The position numbers were made by a program, and so were the translations under genes. From an uncultured Acidimicrobiaceae bacterium (lineage in GTDB: Bacteria > Actinomycetota > Acidimicrobiia > Acidimicrobiales > Bog-793), in assembly GCA_964485645.1 (NCBI GenBank), contig CAZAMA010000004.1:1-51584 (forward strand): a DNA stretch of 51,584 nucleotides, read 5' to 3'. Shown here one piece after another: positions 17,679 through 28,167 of the stretch. The notes beneath the pieces are model-generated. The model ran no database searches, was not told the DNA's origin, and was given only the letters and a program-made list of their open reading frames with translations. Positions within the stretch are counted from its first letter, which is position 1. Each line of letters begins with the position of its first letter.

Positions 17679-18551
17679 CTAGCGCGCTGTCCCAGCCGAC
17701 GCGTCACCGACCACCTGAGAGGCGGCGGTCGCAGGCCCACCGAGGAACGACTCGACGAACTCTGCCGATCCGGACAGCTCCGCCGGCGTGCCGCTCATGC
17801 GGAGCCGGCCGCCGCCGAGAACGTATGTGTGATCGGAGATCTCCAGTGCCGCCCGCGCCCGCTGCTCGACGAGCAAGACGGCCGCTCCGTCGCTGGCCAG
17901 GGCCCGGACGTGGTCTCTCAAGAGGGAAAGCGCGATCTGCGGAGCTAGGTTGGCCGTCGGCTCGTCGAGCACGAACACCGACGGCCGCAGCATGAGGACG
18001 CGGCCCATCGCAAGCATCTTGCGCTCACCACCGCTCAGCTTGCCGGCCCGTCGGGACATCATCGAGGCGAGCCGGGGGAACACCTGGAGCACGGCCGAGA
18101 TCCTGCCGGGTATCTGCGACGTCGGCAGCAGGTAACCACCCATCTCGAGGTTCTCCTTGACGCTGAGCGGCCCGAACACGTCGTCCACTTGGGGCACGTA
18201 GCCCACGCCACTTCTCGTGATGTCCTCTGCCTTCTTGTTGGTGATGTCCGTCTCGCCAAGCATGACCTGGCCCGAGAGCACCGCGACGACTCCGACGATG
18301 GCTTTCAGCAAAGTGCTCTTCCCCGAGCCGTTCGGTCCGACGACCGAGACCACTTGGCCGAGGGAGACGTCGACCGAAACACCGTGCACCACGGGACGAC
18401 CGTCATAGCCGGCCGAGAGGTCATGGGCGCGAAGGATGGGGTCTCCTGCGAGCAGCGCAGGCGCGACCTGGGTTACTTGCTTGTCTTGGCGCGCCTCGTT
18501 GACGGGCCGACCTGGGCTGTCCTCGTCGGCGGCTCCCACTTCAGCCGACAA
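17679..18551 (-). CDS. Branched-chain-amino-acid-type ABC transporter ATP-binding protein (LivF-like)
   Basis: GPNGSGKSTLL, LSGGERKML, VFVLDEPT. Overlaps the upstream gene stop. Confidence 0.9.
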   Translation of the reverse strand: MSAEVGAADEDSPGRPVNEARQDKQVTQVAPALLAGDPILRAHDLSAGYDGRPVVHGVSVDVSLGQVVSVVGPNGSGKSTLLKAIVGVVAVLSGQVMLGETDITNKKAEDITRSGVGYVPQVDDVFGPLSVKENLEMGGYLLPTSQIPGRISAVLQVFPRLASMMSRRAGKLSGGERKMLAMGRVLMLRPSVFVLDEPTANLAPQIALSLLRDHVRALASDGAAVLLVEQRARAALEISDHTYVLGGGRLRMSGTPAELSGSAEFVESFLGGPATAASQVVGDASAGTAR

Positions 18552-20421
18552 GGTACGCCTCTACTACCTCGGGCCTGGCCCGGAGGTCGCCCATCGTTCC
18601 CTCGGCAAGGACTTTGCCTTCCGCCATCACGATGACAGGATCGCAGAACTCGTCCATGATGGCGAGCTCATGCTCGACCATGAAGATGGTCATGCCTTGT
18701 GCGCACAGCTCGACGAGCGCCTGACCGATCTGATGGGCAAGATGCGGGTGCACTCCAGCCATCGGCTCGTCCAGCAAAAGGACGTCGGGCTCGGCCATGA
18801 GAGAGCGCATGATCTCTACGAGTCTCCGCTGCCCCCCGCTCAGGTCGCCGGCGTACTGGTTGGCGTAGTCGGTGAGGCCGAACAATGTCAGCATCTCCTC
18901 ACAACGAGTGACTGCCGTCCTCTCGTCACGGCGCCAGAAGCGCCGGCCCCGCAGGGCCCCGTACAACGAGTCGCCCGCCTGGCCCGGCACGGCCGACAGC
19001 AGGTTCTCCATTACCGTGAGGCGCTTGAACTCGCTCGCCAGCTGGAAGGTCCGCACGAGCCCAGACCGAGCGCGCCGGTACGCCGGCAACCGCGTGACGT
19101 CCCGCCCGTGCAAGAGGACCTGCCCGCCGGTCGGCTGGAGCGTGCCGGCAAGCAGCGCCAGCAGAGTGGACTTCCCGGCGCCGTTGGGGCCGATCAGACC
19201 GGTGAGCCGTCCGTGTTGGACCGAGATCGTCACGCCGTCCACTGCGCGGACGCCCTCGAACTCCCGCGTGAGGCCTACGGCTGCGAGCGCGACACCAGGA
19301 GAGGCGGATCTGTCGCCGGTCGGAGTGGCACCTACCCCATTGTCGGAGCCGGCGAGCCCGCGATCTCGCGTGCGCAGATGAGCGATTGACATCGCCGATC
19401 CTCTGACGAGAGCAAAGCCACCGGTGCCGTCCTCTGCCGCCGACATCGCCAGGCGAACCGGGGCCGCACCGATTACCCGCCGCCGCTCGGGGAGGATCCC
19501 CTGCGGGCGAAACCACAGGAAGATGACGATGAGCAGCCCTATCGCCACCCATTGCAATGCTGGCACGAGACTGGGATCGCTCGTCACGGTGGGAATGAAG
19601 CGAGACGCCTCCTCGAAGCCGACGGGTACGAGCACCGCTCCGATGATCGCGCCGAGGTGGTTGCCGGCTCCGCCGATGATGATCGCCGCGAAGAGCACGA
19701 TCGTCTCCGCGTAGGTCCACGCGGACGGCGCCCAGAGGTTGATGAAACCCACCAGCACGCCGCCGCTCAAGCCGGCGATGGCACCACCGACGACGAGCAT
19801 CGAGGTTCGCTGCGCCAGAAGGTTCTTGCCGATCGATCCGGCGACAACGTCGTTGTCGCGCATCGCGCGAAGGGAGCGGCCATAGGGAGACTCGGTGATG
19901 CGTCGCACGAGGAGGTACACGAGCCCGAGCAGCGCGACGCTGCAGGCGCCGTACCACCACCCATAGGCTTGCGACTGCGGGTTCAGCGAGCCCTGCAGCG
20001 GTGACGGCACCACGCTCAGGCCAGCGTCGCCATTGAAAAGCGGCACGTAGTTGGTGACAACGAGGTTCGTGATGAGGGCGGCGACGAGCAGTCCGACCGC
20101 GGCGAAATCTCCTCGCAGCCGCCGCCCGACGAGGAACACGAATGGCAGGGCGAGCAGGCCTCCAGCTACCGCGGCACCGACAAGCGGCCAGGGGAAGGGG
20201 AGGTTGTAACCGCCGATGTAGCTCTGGAAGCCGCCGTTGGCGGTGTCAGGGGGCAGCGACAGGACGGCGGCCACGTACGCGCCGCCGGCCTGGAAGATGA
20301 TGAAGCCGAAGTTCGTCACTCCGCCGACGCCGAACTGCTGGCTGAGACCGAGGCACGCGATGCCGTCCACCCCGGCATAGACGAGGATCGTCGTGATGTA
20401 GAACGCCGTCGCGCTGCTCAT
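18541..20421 (-). CDS. Fused LivM-like permease and LivG-like ATP-binding protein
   Basis: The N-terminal ~330 aa are multi-TM LivM-type. The C-terminus has GPNGAGKSTLL, LSGGQRRLVEI, LLLDEPMAG and the LivG-type C-terminal extension. Confidence 0.88.
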   Translation of the reverse strand: MSSATAFYITTILVYAGVDGIACLGLSQQFGVGGVTNFGFIIFQAGGAYVAAVLSLPPDTANGGFQSYIGGYNLPFPWPLVGAAVAGGLLALPFVFLVGRRLRGDFAAVGLLVAALITNLVVTNYVPLFNGDAGLSVVPSPLQGSLNPQSQAYGWWYGACSVALLGLVYLLVRRITESPYGRSLRAMRDNDVVAGSIGKNLLAQRTSMLVVGGAIAGLSGGVLVGFINLWAPSAWTYAETIVLFAAIIIGGAGNHLGAIIGAVLVPVGFEEASRFIPTVTSDPSLVPALQWVAIGLLIVIFLWFRPQGILPERRRVIGAAPVRLAMSAAEDGTGGFALVRGSAMSIAHLRTRDRGLAGSDNGVGATPTGDRSASPGVALAAVGLTREFEGVRAVDGVTISVQHGRLTGLIGPNGAGKSTLLALLAGTLQPTGGQVLLHGRDVTRLPAYRRARSGLVRTFQLASEFKRLTVMENLLSAVPGQAGDSLYGALRGRRFWRRDERTAVTRCEEMLTLFGLTDYANQYAGDLSGGQRRLVEIMRSLMAEPDVLLLDEPMAGVHPHLAHQIGQALVELCAQGMTIFMVEHELAIMDEFCDPVIVMAEGKVLAEGTMGDLRARPEVVEAYLVG

Positions 20422-20435
20422 TACGTCCCCCGCCC

Positions 20436-21305
20436 TTAGGTGTTCGCCTGCCCGAGCAGGCCGTTAGGGCGGACGGCCAGCATAAGGAGCAGGAGCACGC
20501 CGGCGACTGCGTACTTGTAGCTGGGCGTGATGTAGGCGGCGCTTATTTCGGTTGCAAGGCCGATCACGGCCGCTCCGAGCATCGCCCCGTACGGCTGGCC
20601 AGGCCCGCCGAGGAAGACGGCGGCCAGGATGAGCACGAGGAACAGGTCGGTGCTCGTCGCCCCGAAGCTACCGATGTTGATGGCAAACATGACACCGGCG
20701 AGACCGCACAGGGCCCCCGAGAAGAGCCATGTCATCGAGACGACCCGGTCAGTCCTGATCCCGCAGTTGCGCGCGAGCGAGCGGTTGGCTGCCGTCGCCC
20801 GCATCGCCTTGCCCAGACGGGTGAAACGAAGCACCGCGTGGACCAAGGCCATCACGGCCAGGCTCAGGCCGATCGTCACTAGCTGCACGACAGTGAGTTG
20901 CAGGCCACCAGCGGTCATTGTCGCGCCCATGCTCATCGTGTAAGAGACGTTGGTGCCGCCGACGACTGCCTGCACTCCGAACTCGATGATGAGGGTCATG
21001 CCGAGCGACACGATCACCATCGCGATGGCAGCCGCCCGCCGGCGCTGGAAGGGTGTGTAGATGAGGTAGTTCAACGCGAGCGAGAGGACAGCTCCAGAGG
21101 CGACGGCGGCGAGGACGCCGATCCAGATCGACACACCAGCCTGGTTGACTACGTACGCGCCGTAGGCCGACGCGGTCATCACCGCCGCATAGGCGAGGTT
21201 CAAGACGTCGGTGACCGCGAACTGCAGTGTGAAGCCCACCGAGGCAATGGCGAGAACCGACGCCGTGATGAGGCCGAAGCCGAACGAAGCAAGAAAGATT
21301 GCCAT
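20436..21305 (-). CDS. LivH-like ABC transporter permease
   Basis: 289 aa, 8-TM-like hydrophobic profile with LivH family blocks. Confidence 0.9.
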   Translation of the reverse strand: MAIFLASFGFGLITASVLAIASVGFTLQFAVTDVLNLAYAAVMTASAYGAYVVNQAGVSIWIGVLAAVASGAVLSLALNYLIYTPFQRRRAAAIAMVIVSLGMTLIIEFGVQAVVGGTNVSYTMSMGATMTAGGLQLTVVQLVTIGLSLAVMALVHAVLRFTRLGKAMRATAANRSLARNCGIRTDRVVSMTWLFSGALCGLAGVMFAINIGSFGATSTDLFLVLILAAVFLGGPGQPYGAMLGAAVIGLATEISAAYITPSYKYAVAGVLLLLMLAVRPNGLLGQANT

Positions 21306-21432
21306 TTGGGGTCAGCGTGACGCTGCTGCTCTTGGCGACACCGTCTCACCAGCCGGCCGACGGCACGCCGCCGGCCGGCTGGTGTTCTTCGCAGTCCGGA
21401 CGAGCCGGGCTGAACGTCGTGTTCTCACGGTC

Positions 21433-22809
21433 TCAGCTGTACGCCTTGAGCTCGGAGTTGGGAAGGTTGGCGACCACCTGCACCGTGCCGTTGGTGCTGT
21501 AGCGGTCGATCTGGAACAGTCCGGCGGAGTCGTGGTAGGCGTCGAAGCTGGTCGGACCACCAGGGCCAATGAAGCGGATGGCCTTGTGCTGCTTCAGAGC
21601 AGCGACTCCCGCCGCAAAGGTGTGCACCACGACCGCACCGTGGACCCCGTCACCGATCTTGATGATGTCGGGGCGGTAGACGCTCGGCGTCGTGCTCTTG
21701 GACATGACCATCGCGAGCGCGGCGAGGTTCATGCCGTCGTAGAGGTGTACGGCGCCCGGTGCCGTGAGGAACGTGCTGAAATTGCCGCTCCCACCCGGTA
21801 TCTGGCTTCTGACGGCATACATGCTCTTGGAAAAGTCAGCGTATGCCGGCCCGCTCGTCTCCGTCACGAGGTTGTCTGCGAGGAAGTACTTCGTCAGGGT
21901 CGAGGCGCCGACGGCAGACGCGACGCTCTTGTACCAGGCTGGGTCGATGCTGGCGGAGGTCCCCACGACCGGGATCATCTTGCCGTGGTTCAGCTGCTTA
22001 ACCTCGGAGAGAAACGTCGCCGCGGTTGCACCGAGAGCCTCGGAGAGGATGACCTGGGGGTGCGCGAGCACGATCTTGTCCGCCTCGGTCCGGAACGTCG
22101 AAGCGCTCAAGTCGAGAGTCTCGTTGGCGACCAGGTTGAGGTGCGCCCGGTGGATGCCGGCAATGGCCGGCTGCACGAAGGTCTGCGAGCCGATGTCGTT
22201 GCCGAATGCAAGGGCGATGCGCGTGTAGTGCTCGTAGTTATGGGCGATGGCGAGCAGGGCGAAGGCCTCAGCGAGGTCCGGCGGGACGAGGCGGAAGAAA
22301 TAGGGGAACTTGACATGGTCGAACTCCGACTGGCCCGTCATGCAGAACATCACCATGTGCTGGGCGTTGATGATCGGGACGACCGAGGCCGCCTCGTCGG
22401 AGGTGCAACCGATGACGAGCACCAGGTTGGGTGTCGTGGCGAACAGCTGCCGGGTGGCGGGGACGGCGTCAGCCGGGTCACCGCGTGTGTCCACACCCTT
22501 GCAGCCCAGCTTGTGGCCAAGCACGCCGCCGGCGCTATTGATCGCCTTCGTCGCCCCGAGACAGGACGCGAGGTAGATGGGCCCGAGAGCCGCGTCCACT
22601 CCGGAGAAGGGCGCCAGATCGGCGATGATCAACTCGCTCTTGCTCGTATGCCCGACCCTTGAGCTCGAGCTGGCACTCGCGCCGCTCGTCCATGCGGTCA
22701 TTGCGACCGCGACCGCGACGAGCACTACCACCATGCCGGGGACGCGCCGACGGCGGGCAACTATCCCCCTGCTCGCCGCCGGCTTTGCGGCTACCGCTTT
22801 GTGTCTCAT
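21433..22809 (-). CDS. Liv-type (type I periplasmic binding fold) ABC substrate-binding protein
   Basis: Signal/TM anchor followed by a Peripla_BP_6-like sequence. First gene of the liv-like operon. Confidence 0.85.
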   Translation of the reverse strand: MRHKAVAAKPAASRGIVARRRRVPGMVVVLVAVAVAMTAWTSGASASSSSRVGHTSKSELIIADLAPFSGVDAALGPIYLASCLGATKAINSAGGVLGHKLGCKGVDTRGDPADAVPATRQLFATTPNLVLVIGCTSDEAASVVPIINAQHMVMFCMTGQSEFDHVKFPYFFRLVPPDLAEAFALLAIAHNYEHYTRIALAFGNDIGSQTFVQPAIAGIHRAHLNLVANETLDLSASTFRTEADKIVLAHPQVILSEALGATAATFLSEVKQLNHGKMIPVVGTSASIDPAWYKSVASAVGASTLTKYFLADNLVTETSGPAYADFSKSMYAVRSQIPGGSGNFSTFLTAPGAVHLYDGMNLAALAMVMSKSTTPSVYRPDIIKIGDGVHGAVVVHTFAAGVAALKQHKAIRFIGPGGPTSFDAYHDSAGLFQIDRYSTNGTVQVVANLPNSELKAYS

Positions 22810-22868
22810 ATTGCTCCCTCCCTAGTTGGTTCTTCAGATGGTGCTGCGGTATCTCCCTGCCACAGGGG

Positions 22869-23774
22869 TCAGATCGAGCTGTGCGTGGTCACCTTGGGAC
22901 GCCAGCGCCAGCTTGTCGGGCCACCCTCTTCGGCCACGACCCGGTTTGAGATCGTGCCAACCTTCTCGATCGTCACTTCCACGACATCTCCTGGCTGCAT
23001 CCACACCGGTGGCTGCCGGGCGAACCCGACTCCACCGGGGGTCCCAGTCGCGATGACGTCACCAGGGCGAAGCGCCGTGAACGCCGAAAAGAACTCGATC
23101 GTGGCGGGAACGTCGACGATCATCTGCGACGTGCGCGCGGACTGCATCACCTTGCCGTTAAGGGTCGTGGCCAGCGCGAGGTCGCTTACGTCGACCTCGT
23201 CGGCGGTGACGACCTCCGGGCCGATCGGCATAGATCCGTCGAAGTTCTTGCCGGCAGTCCACTGAGTCCCCGCCCGCTGCCAGTCACGAAGCGAACCGTC
23301 GTTCAACACGACATAGCCGGCGATCGCGTCGAGCGCGCGTTCGGCCGGGATGTAGCGGCCACCTTGCCCGATCACGATACCGAGCTCACCCTCGTAGTCG
23401 AAGTGGTCGCTCAGCGCCGGGCGCACGAGGTCGGAGAACGGGCCAGTGAGCGACTCGGCACCGCGCATGAAGCATTCCGGCCAGGTAGGGACGGCTCGAC
23501 CACCCTCGATGGCGTGCTCGCTGTAGTTGACGCCGAGGCAGAGGACACGACCCGGGTCCGGCACGGCAGGGCCGAACTCTGCTTTGGTGACCTCCCTCCC
23601 CTCCTGCGACTCGAGCGCCCGGACCTCGTCCAGAGCGCTGGGCCCGGCGCGAAGAAGGCCGCTTATGGACGAGAGGTCGTCCCTCTTCGTCGCAGCTCCT
23701 ACGTCGACGTACCCAGACCGCGCGCGGACGTGCAGCCGGAGCCCCCCGTCCGTCACAACAGTCGCGAGTCGCAC
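22869..23774 (-). CDS. Fumarylacetoacetate hydrolase (FAH) family protein
   Basis: GVNYSEH, YEGELGIVIG, GKNFDGSMPIGP, PGDVIATGTPGGVG. Confidence 0.9.
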   Translation of the reverse strand: MRLATVVTDGGLRLHVRARSGYVDVGAATKRDDLSSISGLLRAGPSALDEVRALESQEGREVTKAEFGPAVPDPGRVLCLGVNYSEHAIEGGRAVPTWPECFMRGAESLTGPFSDLVRPALSDHFDYEGELGIVIGQGGRYIPAERALDAIAGYVVLNDGSLRDWQRAGTQWTAGKNFDGSMPIGPEVVTADEVDVSDLALATTLNGKVMQSARTSQMIVDVPATIEFFSAFTALRPGDVIATGTPGGVGFARQPPVWMQPGDVVEVTIEKVGTISNRVVAEEGGPTSWRWRPKVTTHSSI

Positions 23775-24154
23775 AGCCCCCTCCTATCCATCGGCGCGGA
23801 CGTGATCGATCCACCCGCTCGGGTGCCGATCATCGGACGCGTTCCCATTTACGAACTGATGCAGTCGATTGCAGACGGCAAGATACCGGACTGCGTAGAT
23901 CAGATTGGTGTCAGCATAGGCAGCGCTGATGGCAATGTCAACGACTGCCCGCGGACTCGGTCCGGCGGGGGGCCGAGGTCGCGACCGTTGCAAAGGCCGG
24001 TTTCGCAAAGGCCTGCAAAGACTTGACTTTCGTCACCCCAAAGGGGACAGTCGACGCCGCCGCCGCCGCCGTCACTCGAGCCGGCAGGACCGTCGTGCAC
24101 CGCGTGGGGCCAAGCTCGGGCGGCCAGGCTCTTGGACGGCTCAAGGCACGCGTA

Positions 24155-24193
24155 CCCTGGCGGCCACCGGGGGGATGCCGGTGGCCGCCAGGG
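24155..24193 (-). terminator. Putative intrinsic terminator hairpin after the MFS gene
   Basis: Perfect 16-bp GC-rich inverted repeat CCCTGGCGGCCACCGG / CCGGTGGCCGCCAGGG with a 7-nt loop, 16 nt downstream of the stop at 24209. No U-tract, which is common in actinobacteria. Confidence 0.55.
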
Positions 24194-24208
24194 AGATCAG
24201 TGCAGGCT

Positions 24209-25681
24209 TCAGTTCGTCGCCGGTTGGGCCTCGCCGGCCACAGCCGAGCGCCGTTCGAGCGCCGGCTCGTCGGCGTGTGCCTCCGACCATTGCGCGAGCG
24301 TCGGAGGGTGGCACTTGAAGTACACGACGATCACCGCCAGCGCCGCGAGCGCGGCTCCGAAGATGAACCCCTGGGTCCAGTGGAAGGTCGCCGTGCCGTA
24401 GAGGGTCCCTGTCATGACAAGGGCGGCACCACCACCGGCGAAGCTCCCACCGAGTGCCTTCCAGGCATAGACCGAACCGTAGTTCTGGGCGTTGTTGTTC
24501 TCGCCGTAGTAGTCGGCGACCATGAGCGCGGTCATCGGGAAGTTGGCTCCCGACAGCCCGCCCGAGATGACGGCGCAGATCACGAACATCGGCGTGTTGT
24601 GGTTGAGCCCGGCGACAAGTACGAGCACCTGGGTGATGGCGTTCAGACCGTAGGCGAGTGCCATCGTTCGCCGCCTGCCCAAATACTCCGACGCCCAGCC
24701 GTAGAACGGGCGGAATATCCCGTCGTTCAAGGCAAATCCGGCCGCTCCGGCAACGCCTGCGATCGTGCCGAGGTGCATAGCGACAGCAAAGGGAAAGTAG
24801 AACGCGACGCCGAAGAGCGAGCTGCCGACGAAGAGGGCGAACTGGATCCCCATCCACTTCGGCTGCGGCGTGCGCCACATCTGCTGCAGCGTGTAGTGGC
24901 TGAAGGCGGGCGGGTTTGACTGCAGGTCACGAGTGGAGTGCTTCTCCCAGGTGCGAGGGTCGATCTCGGCCGGCCACCAGTTCTGCGGTGGGTCCTTCAT
25001 GAGGCAGGCGCCGATGATGATGCCCACGGTCATGATCACCCCCGTGATGAGGATGAAGTTCTTGATCGCACCAGGGCTGAGGGGCGTCGACCCGATGCCG
25101 CTGCCGGAGGTGAAGCCGGAGTAACCACCGATGGCGACGATGAATGGGACCGACCCGTAGGCCCAGGCCCCGTTCACGAACCCCGTCCTCCAGCCCTTCT
25201 TCTCCGGGTACCACTTCGAGACGATGTTCACACAGCCGTTGTAGACAAGCCCTGCCCCGATGCCACCGAGGAAGGCGTAGCCCAGGTAGACGGTCCAGAT
25301 CGAGGTGGAGTACGCCGTCAAGGTGTAGGCGACGACTCCGCTCAAGATGCCGCCCACGATCAAGAGGTTCCTCACCTGGTAGATGCCGCCCCTCTTGCGC
25401 AGGGTGCCCGCGCCGATCTGGACGAACGACTCGAAGATGACGAAGAACGAGAACAGCCAGAACGTCGGCGCCGGCCCCCAGTGATGGGCTGCCGCGAGCG
25501 AGCCGCTGAAAGTAGACCAGGTGTACTCGAGCACGCCGGCGAGGCCGATCGCCAGCCAAGCGCCCCAAAGCACCCACGCCCTCGAGTAGCCCAGAAGCTG
25601 CTTCGGCGACTCTCCGACGCGGAATGTGCGTCCCTTGTCGTTGGTGAACTCTTCATATGTTGCACTAGTACTGAGTGCCAT
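24209..25681 (-). CDS. MFS transporter, oxalate:formate antiporter (OFA) family-like
   Basis: 490 aa, 12-TM-like. The N-terminal region and overall organisation resemble OFA-family MFS proteins. It is the last gene of the oxc-frc operon. The substrate is inferred from context only. Confidence 0.8.
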   Translation of the reverse strand: MALSTSATYEEFTNDKGRTFRVGESPKQLLGYSRAWVLWGAWLAIGLAGVLEYTWSTFSGSLAAAHHWGPAPTFWLFSFFVIFESFVQIGAGTLRKRGGIYQVRNLLIVGGILSGVVAYTLTAYSTSIWTVYLGYAFLGGIGAGLVYNGCVNIVSKWYPEKKGWRTGFVNGAWAYGSVPFIVAIGGYSGFTSGSGIGSTPLSPGAIKNFILITGVIMTVGIIIGACLMKDPPQNWWPAEIDPRTWEKHSTRDLQSNPPAFSHYTLQQMWRTPQPKWMGIQFALFVGSSLFGVAFYFPFAVAMHLGTIAGVAGAAGFALNDGIFRPFYGWASEYLGRRRTMALAYGLNAITQVLVLVAGLNHNTPMFVICAVISGGLSGANFPMTALMVADYYGENNNAQNYGSVYAWKALGGSFAGGGAALVMTGTLYGTATFHWTQGFIFGAALAALAVIVVYFKCHPPTLAQWSEAHADEPALERRSAVAGEAQPATN

Positions 25682-25879
25682 GCTTCCCCTCCCAATTATC
25701 GGGTGTCCCAGGCGGCGCGGCTAGCGACATCACCGGAACTTCCTCGTAGCCCTCATTCCGTCAGGCCACTGCGGTAGGAACGAAGAACGAACCCTCGATC
25801 TCCTACGTGTCCGCAAGCGCCCTGCCCCCAAGACCTCCTTTCCCCTCTTGCCTCGGAACCTCGGTGCTTCGTGCTGGCC

Positions 25880-28066
25880 CTACCTGTGCGCCTCGCCGGC
25901 ATCTGGGCCGCCGCCAAGGCGAGCGTCGCTTCCGAGCAGGCCGGCCGCGCGTGCCCAGCGGTACTTGGCGCCGAGCATGACGACTGGCGTCTCAGTTGTG
26001 TAGGGGTACGAAGGGATGCCGTGTTCGAAGAGCCGCGCGCACGCGTCCTCGACCTCGACATCGCCGGCCAGCGAGACCACCACGGGCTTGTCGATACCGG
26101 CGCGTCGTTTCTCTTCCACGACGTCTACGAGCAACTCTGCAAAGACCATCGGCGGCGTGATGATCGTGTGCCAGTATCCGACCACGAGAGCGTGGATGCG
26201 GTCGTCATCGAGCCCGAGCGCGATCGTGTTGCGATAGGTGGAAGGCGGCTCGCCCCCGGTGATGTCGACCGGGTTGCCCGCGGCTCCGAACGGCGGGATG
26301 AACTTCCGAAAGGCCGCGTCGAGGTCGTCGGGCATGGCCATGAGGCTGAGTCCGTTGTCCGTGCACGCGTCGGACAGGAGCACCCCAGAGCCTCCCGCGC
26401 CGGTGATGATGATCACGTTCTCGCCCTTTGGCGTCGGGAGCATCGGAAGGCAGCGCGCGTACTCGAGCATGTCCCGCAACCCCGGTGCCCTTACGACTCC
26501 GGCGGCCGCCAGCAGGTCGTCGTAGACCTTGTCGTCGCCGGCGAGCGCTCCGGTGTGGGAGCCGGCCGCCCGGGCGCCGGCGGCGGTGTGGCCCGCCTTC
26601 AATACGACGATCGGCTTCTTCAAGCCAACCCGTTTGGCCGTTCGAAGGAACGCCCGGCCGTCTTTCAGGTCCTCCATGTGGATGGCGATGCACCGCGTCG
26701 CCTCGTCCTGCTCGAAGTAGGTAAGGAGGTCATCCTCGTCCACGTCGGCCTTGTTGCCGAGCCCCACGATTGCCGACACCCCGAGCTTGGCCGAACGGGC
26801 GAAACCGAGAATCGCCATGCCGATGCCACCCGACTGCGAGCTCAGGGCGACGGGCCCCGCCACGTCGTAAGGGGTACAGAACGTTGCACACAGCTTGGAG
26901 GGTGTGTAGTAGAACCCGTAGATGTTAGGCCCGAGGAAGCGGACTCCCCACTTCCTCGCCACCTCCTGGATTTCAACTTGGCCCTCGACGTTGCCGGTCT
27001 CCGCGAAGCCGGACGGGATGAGCACCGCGGCGGCGATCCCCTTCCTTCCGACCTCCTCCAGAGCACCTGCGACAAGCTTGGCCGGGATGGTGATCACGGC
27101 GACATCGACGTCGGCGTCGATCTCGGCCACGCTCGCGTAGCACCTGCGCCCTTCGATCTCCGTCGCCCTCGGATTGACTGGGTATATCTGGCCCTCGTAG
27201 CCCCCGTTGACGAGGTTCTTCATGACGGAGTTGCCGATCTTGCCGACTTCGGCCGATGCCCCGATCACCGCGACCGCGCGCGGACGGAACATCCGGCTCA
27301 TCGCGTCGAGGATCTCCTCGTCGGAGTGGGTGGGCCACGAGACAGCCTCTCGGTCGCCGAGCAGCACACGGACGTCGACCGCCACCGCTCCGTGCTCATC
27401 GGCCAGCACGGGGTTCAGATCCATCTCGGCGATCTCGGGGAAGTCGGTCACCAGGCGGGACAGACCCACCAGGAGCGAGACGAGCGCGTGACGGTCGACC
27501 CCGGGCTGACCCCGCACGCCGCGGAGCACCACCGCGGCCGCGATGGCGTCCAGCATCGAGGCCGCTTCGTCCTCGCTAAGGGGAGCCAGACGGAACGTGA
27601 CGTCCCGCGCTACCTCGACCAACACACCGCCCATACCAAAGGCGACAAGCTTGCCGAAGGTGGCATCGGTGGTGGCTCCGACTATGAGCTCGTGCCCGCC
27701 CGAGCACATCTGCTGGACGAGAACGCCGTCGATCCGGGCGCTTTGGTCGTAGGCTCGAGCCGCCGCAGTGACCTCCGCGAACGCAGCTCGCAGCGCGTCC
27801 GCGTCCGCGACACCCACCCGAACGCCGCCGGCTTCGGTCTTGTGGAGGATGTCGGGTGAGACGATCTTGGCCACCACCGGGTAGCCCATCGCGTCGGCCA
27901 GCGCCACGGCTTCGTCGGCGGTGCTGGCGACGCCCTCGGCAGGCGTGGGAATCCCGTATGCCTCGCACACCGAGCGGGCCTCCTCGACCGACAGGGCGAG
28001 ACGCCCGTCTGCCGCGGCCCGATCGAGCACCTGGCGCACCTGAGCCCTATTGCCTGTTTCCTGCAT
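25880..28066 (-). CDS. ADP-forming acyl-CoA synthetase family protein, fused in beta-alpha domain order
   Basis: N-terminal ATP-grasp_5-like segment (GYPVVAKIVSPDILHKTEAGGV..., MDLNPVL), then a CoA-binding domain (RPRAVAVIGASAEVGKIGN) and Succ_CoA_lig-like domains (SQSGGIGMA, GHTAAGARAAGSHTGALAG). Confidence 0.85.
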   Translation of the reverse strand: MQETGNRAQVRQVLDRAAADGRLALSVEEARSVCEAYGIPTPAEGVASTADEAVALADAMGYPVVAKIVSPDILHKTEAGGVRVGVADADALRAAFAEVTAAARAYDQSARIDGVLVQQMCSGGHELIVGATTDATFGKLVAFGMGGVLVEVARDVTFRLAPLSEDEAASMLDAIAAAVVLRGVRGQPGVDRHALVSLLVGLSRLVTDFPEIAEMDLNPVLADEHGAVAVDVRVLLGDREAVSWPTHSDEEILDAMSRMFRPRAVAVIGASAEVGKIGNSVMKNLVNGGYEGQIYPVNPRATEIEGRRCYASVAEIDADVDVAVITIPAKLVAGALEEVGRKGIAAAVLIPSGFAETGNVEGQVEIQEVARKWGVRFLGPNIYGFYYTPSKLCATFCTPYDVAGPVALSSQSGGIGMAILGFARSAKLGVSAIVGLGNKADVDEDDLLTYFEQDEATRCIAIHMEDLKDGRAFLRTAKRVGLKKPIVVLKAGHTAAGARAAGSHTGALAGDDKVYDDLLAAAGVVRAPGLRDMLEYARCLPMLPTPKGENVIIITGAGGSGVLLSDACTDNGLSLMAMPDDLDAAFRKFIPPFGAAGNPVDITGGEPPSTYRNTIALGLDDDRIHALVVGYWHTIITPPMVFAELLVDVVEEKRRAGIDKPVVVSLAGDVEVEDACARLFEHGIPSYPYTTETPVVMLGAKYRWARAAGLLGSDARLGGGPDAGEAHR

Positions 28067-28167
28067 CCGTCTTCCTCCTCATAAGGACCGCTCTCCCGGC
28101 CTCCCGTCTCCCTTCGACCGGGCGTCACCCCGCTCGCTGTCCCGAACTACGACCCGGGCGACCTCAG

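Noticed and set aside
21211-22662. 483-aa plus-strand ORF
   Set aside because: Shadow ORF antisense to the Liv-type substrate-binding protein and the LivH start. Low-complexity, Arg/Asp/Gly-rich, with no motifs.
25871-27859. 662-aa plus-strand ORF
   Set aside because: It is antisense to the acyl-CoA synthetase gene. The translation is Arg/Gly/Asp/His-rich with no motifs, whereas the minus-strand frame carries clear ATP-grasp and CoA-binding motifs. This is a typical high-GC shadow ORF.
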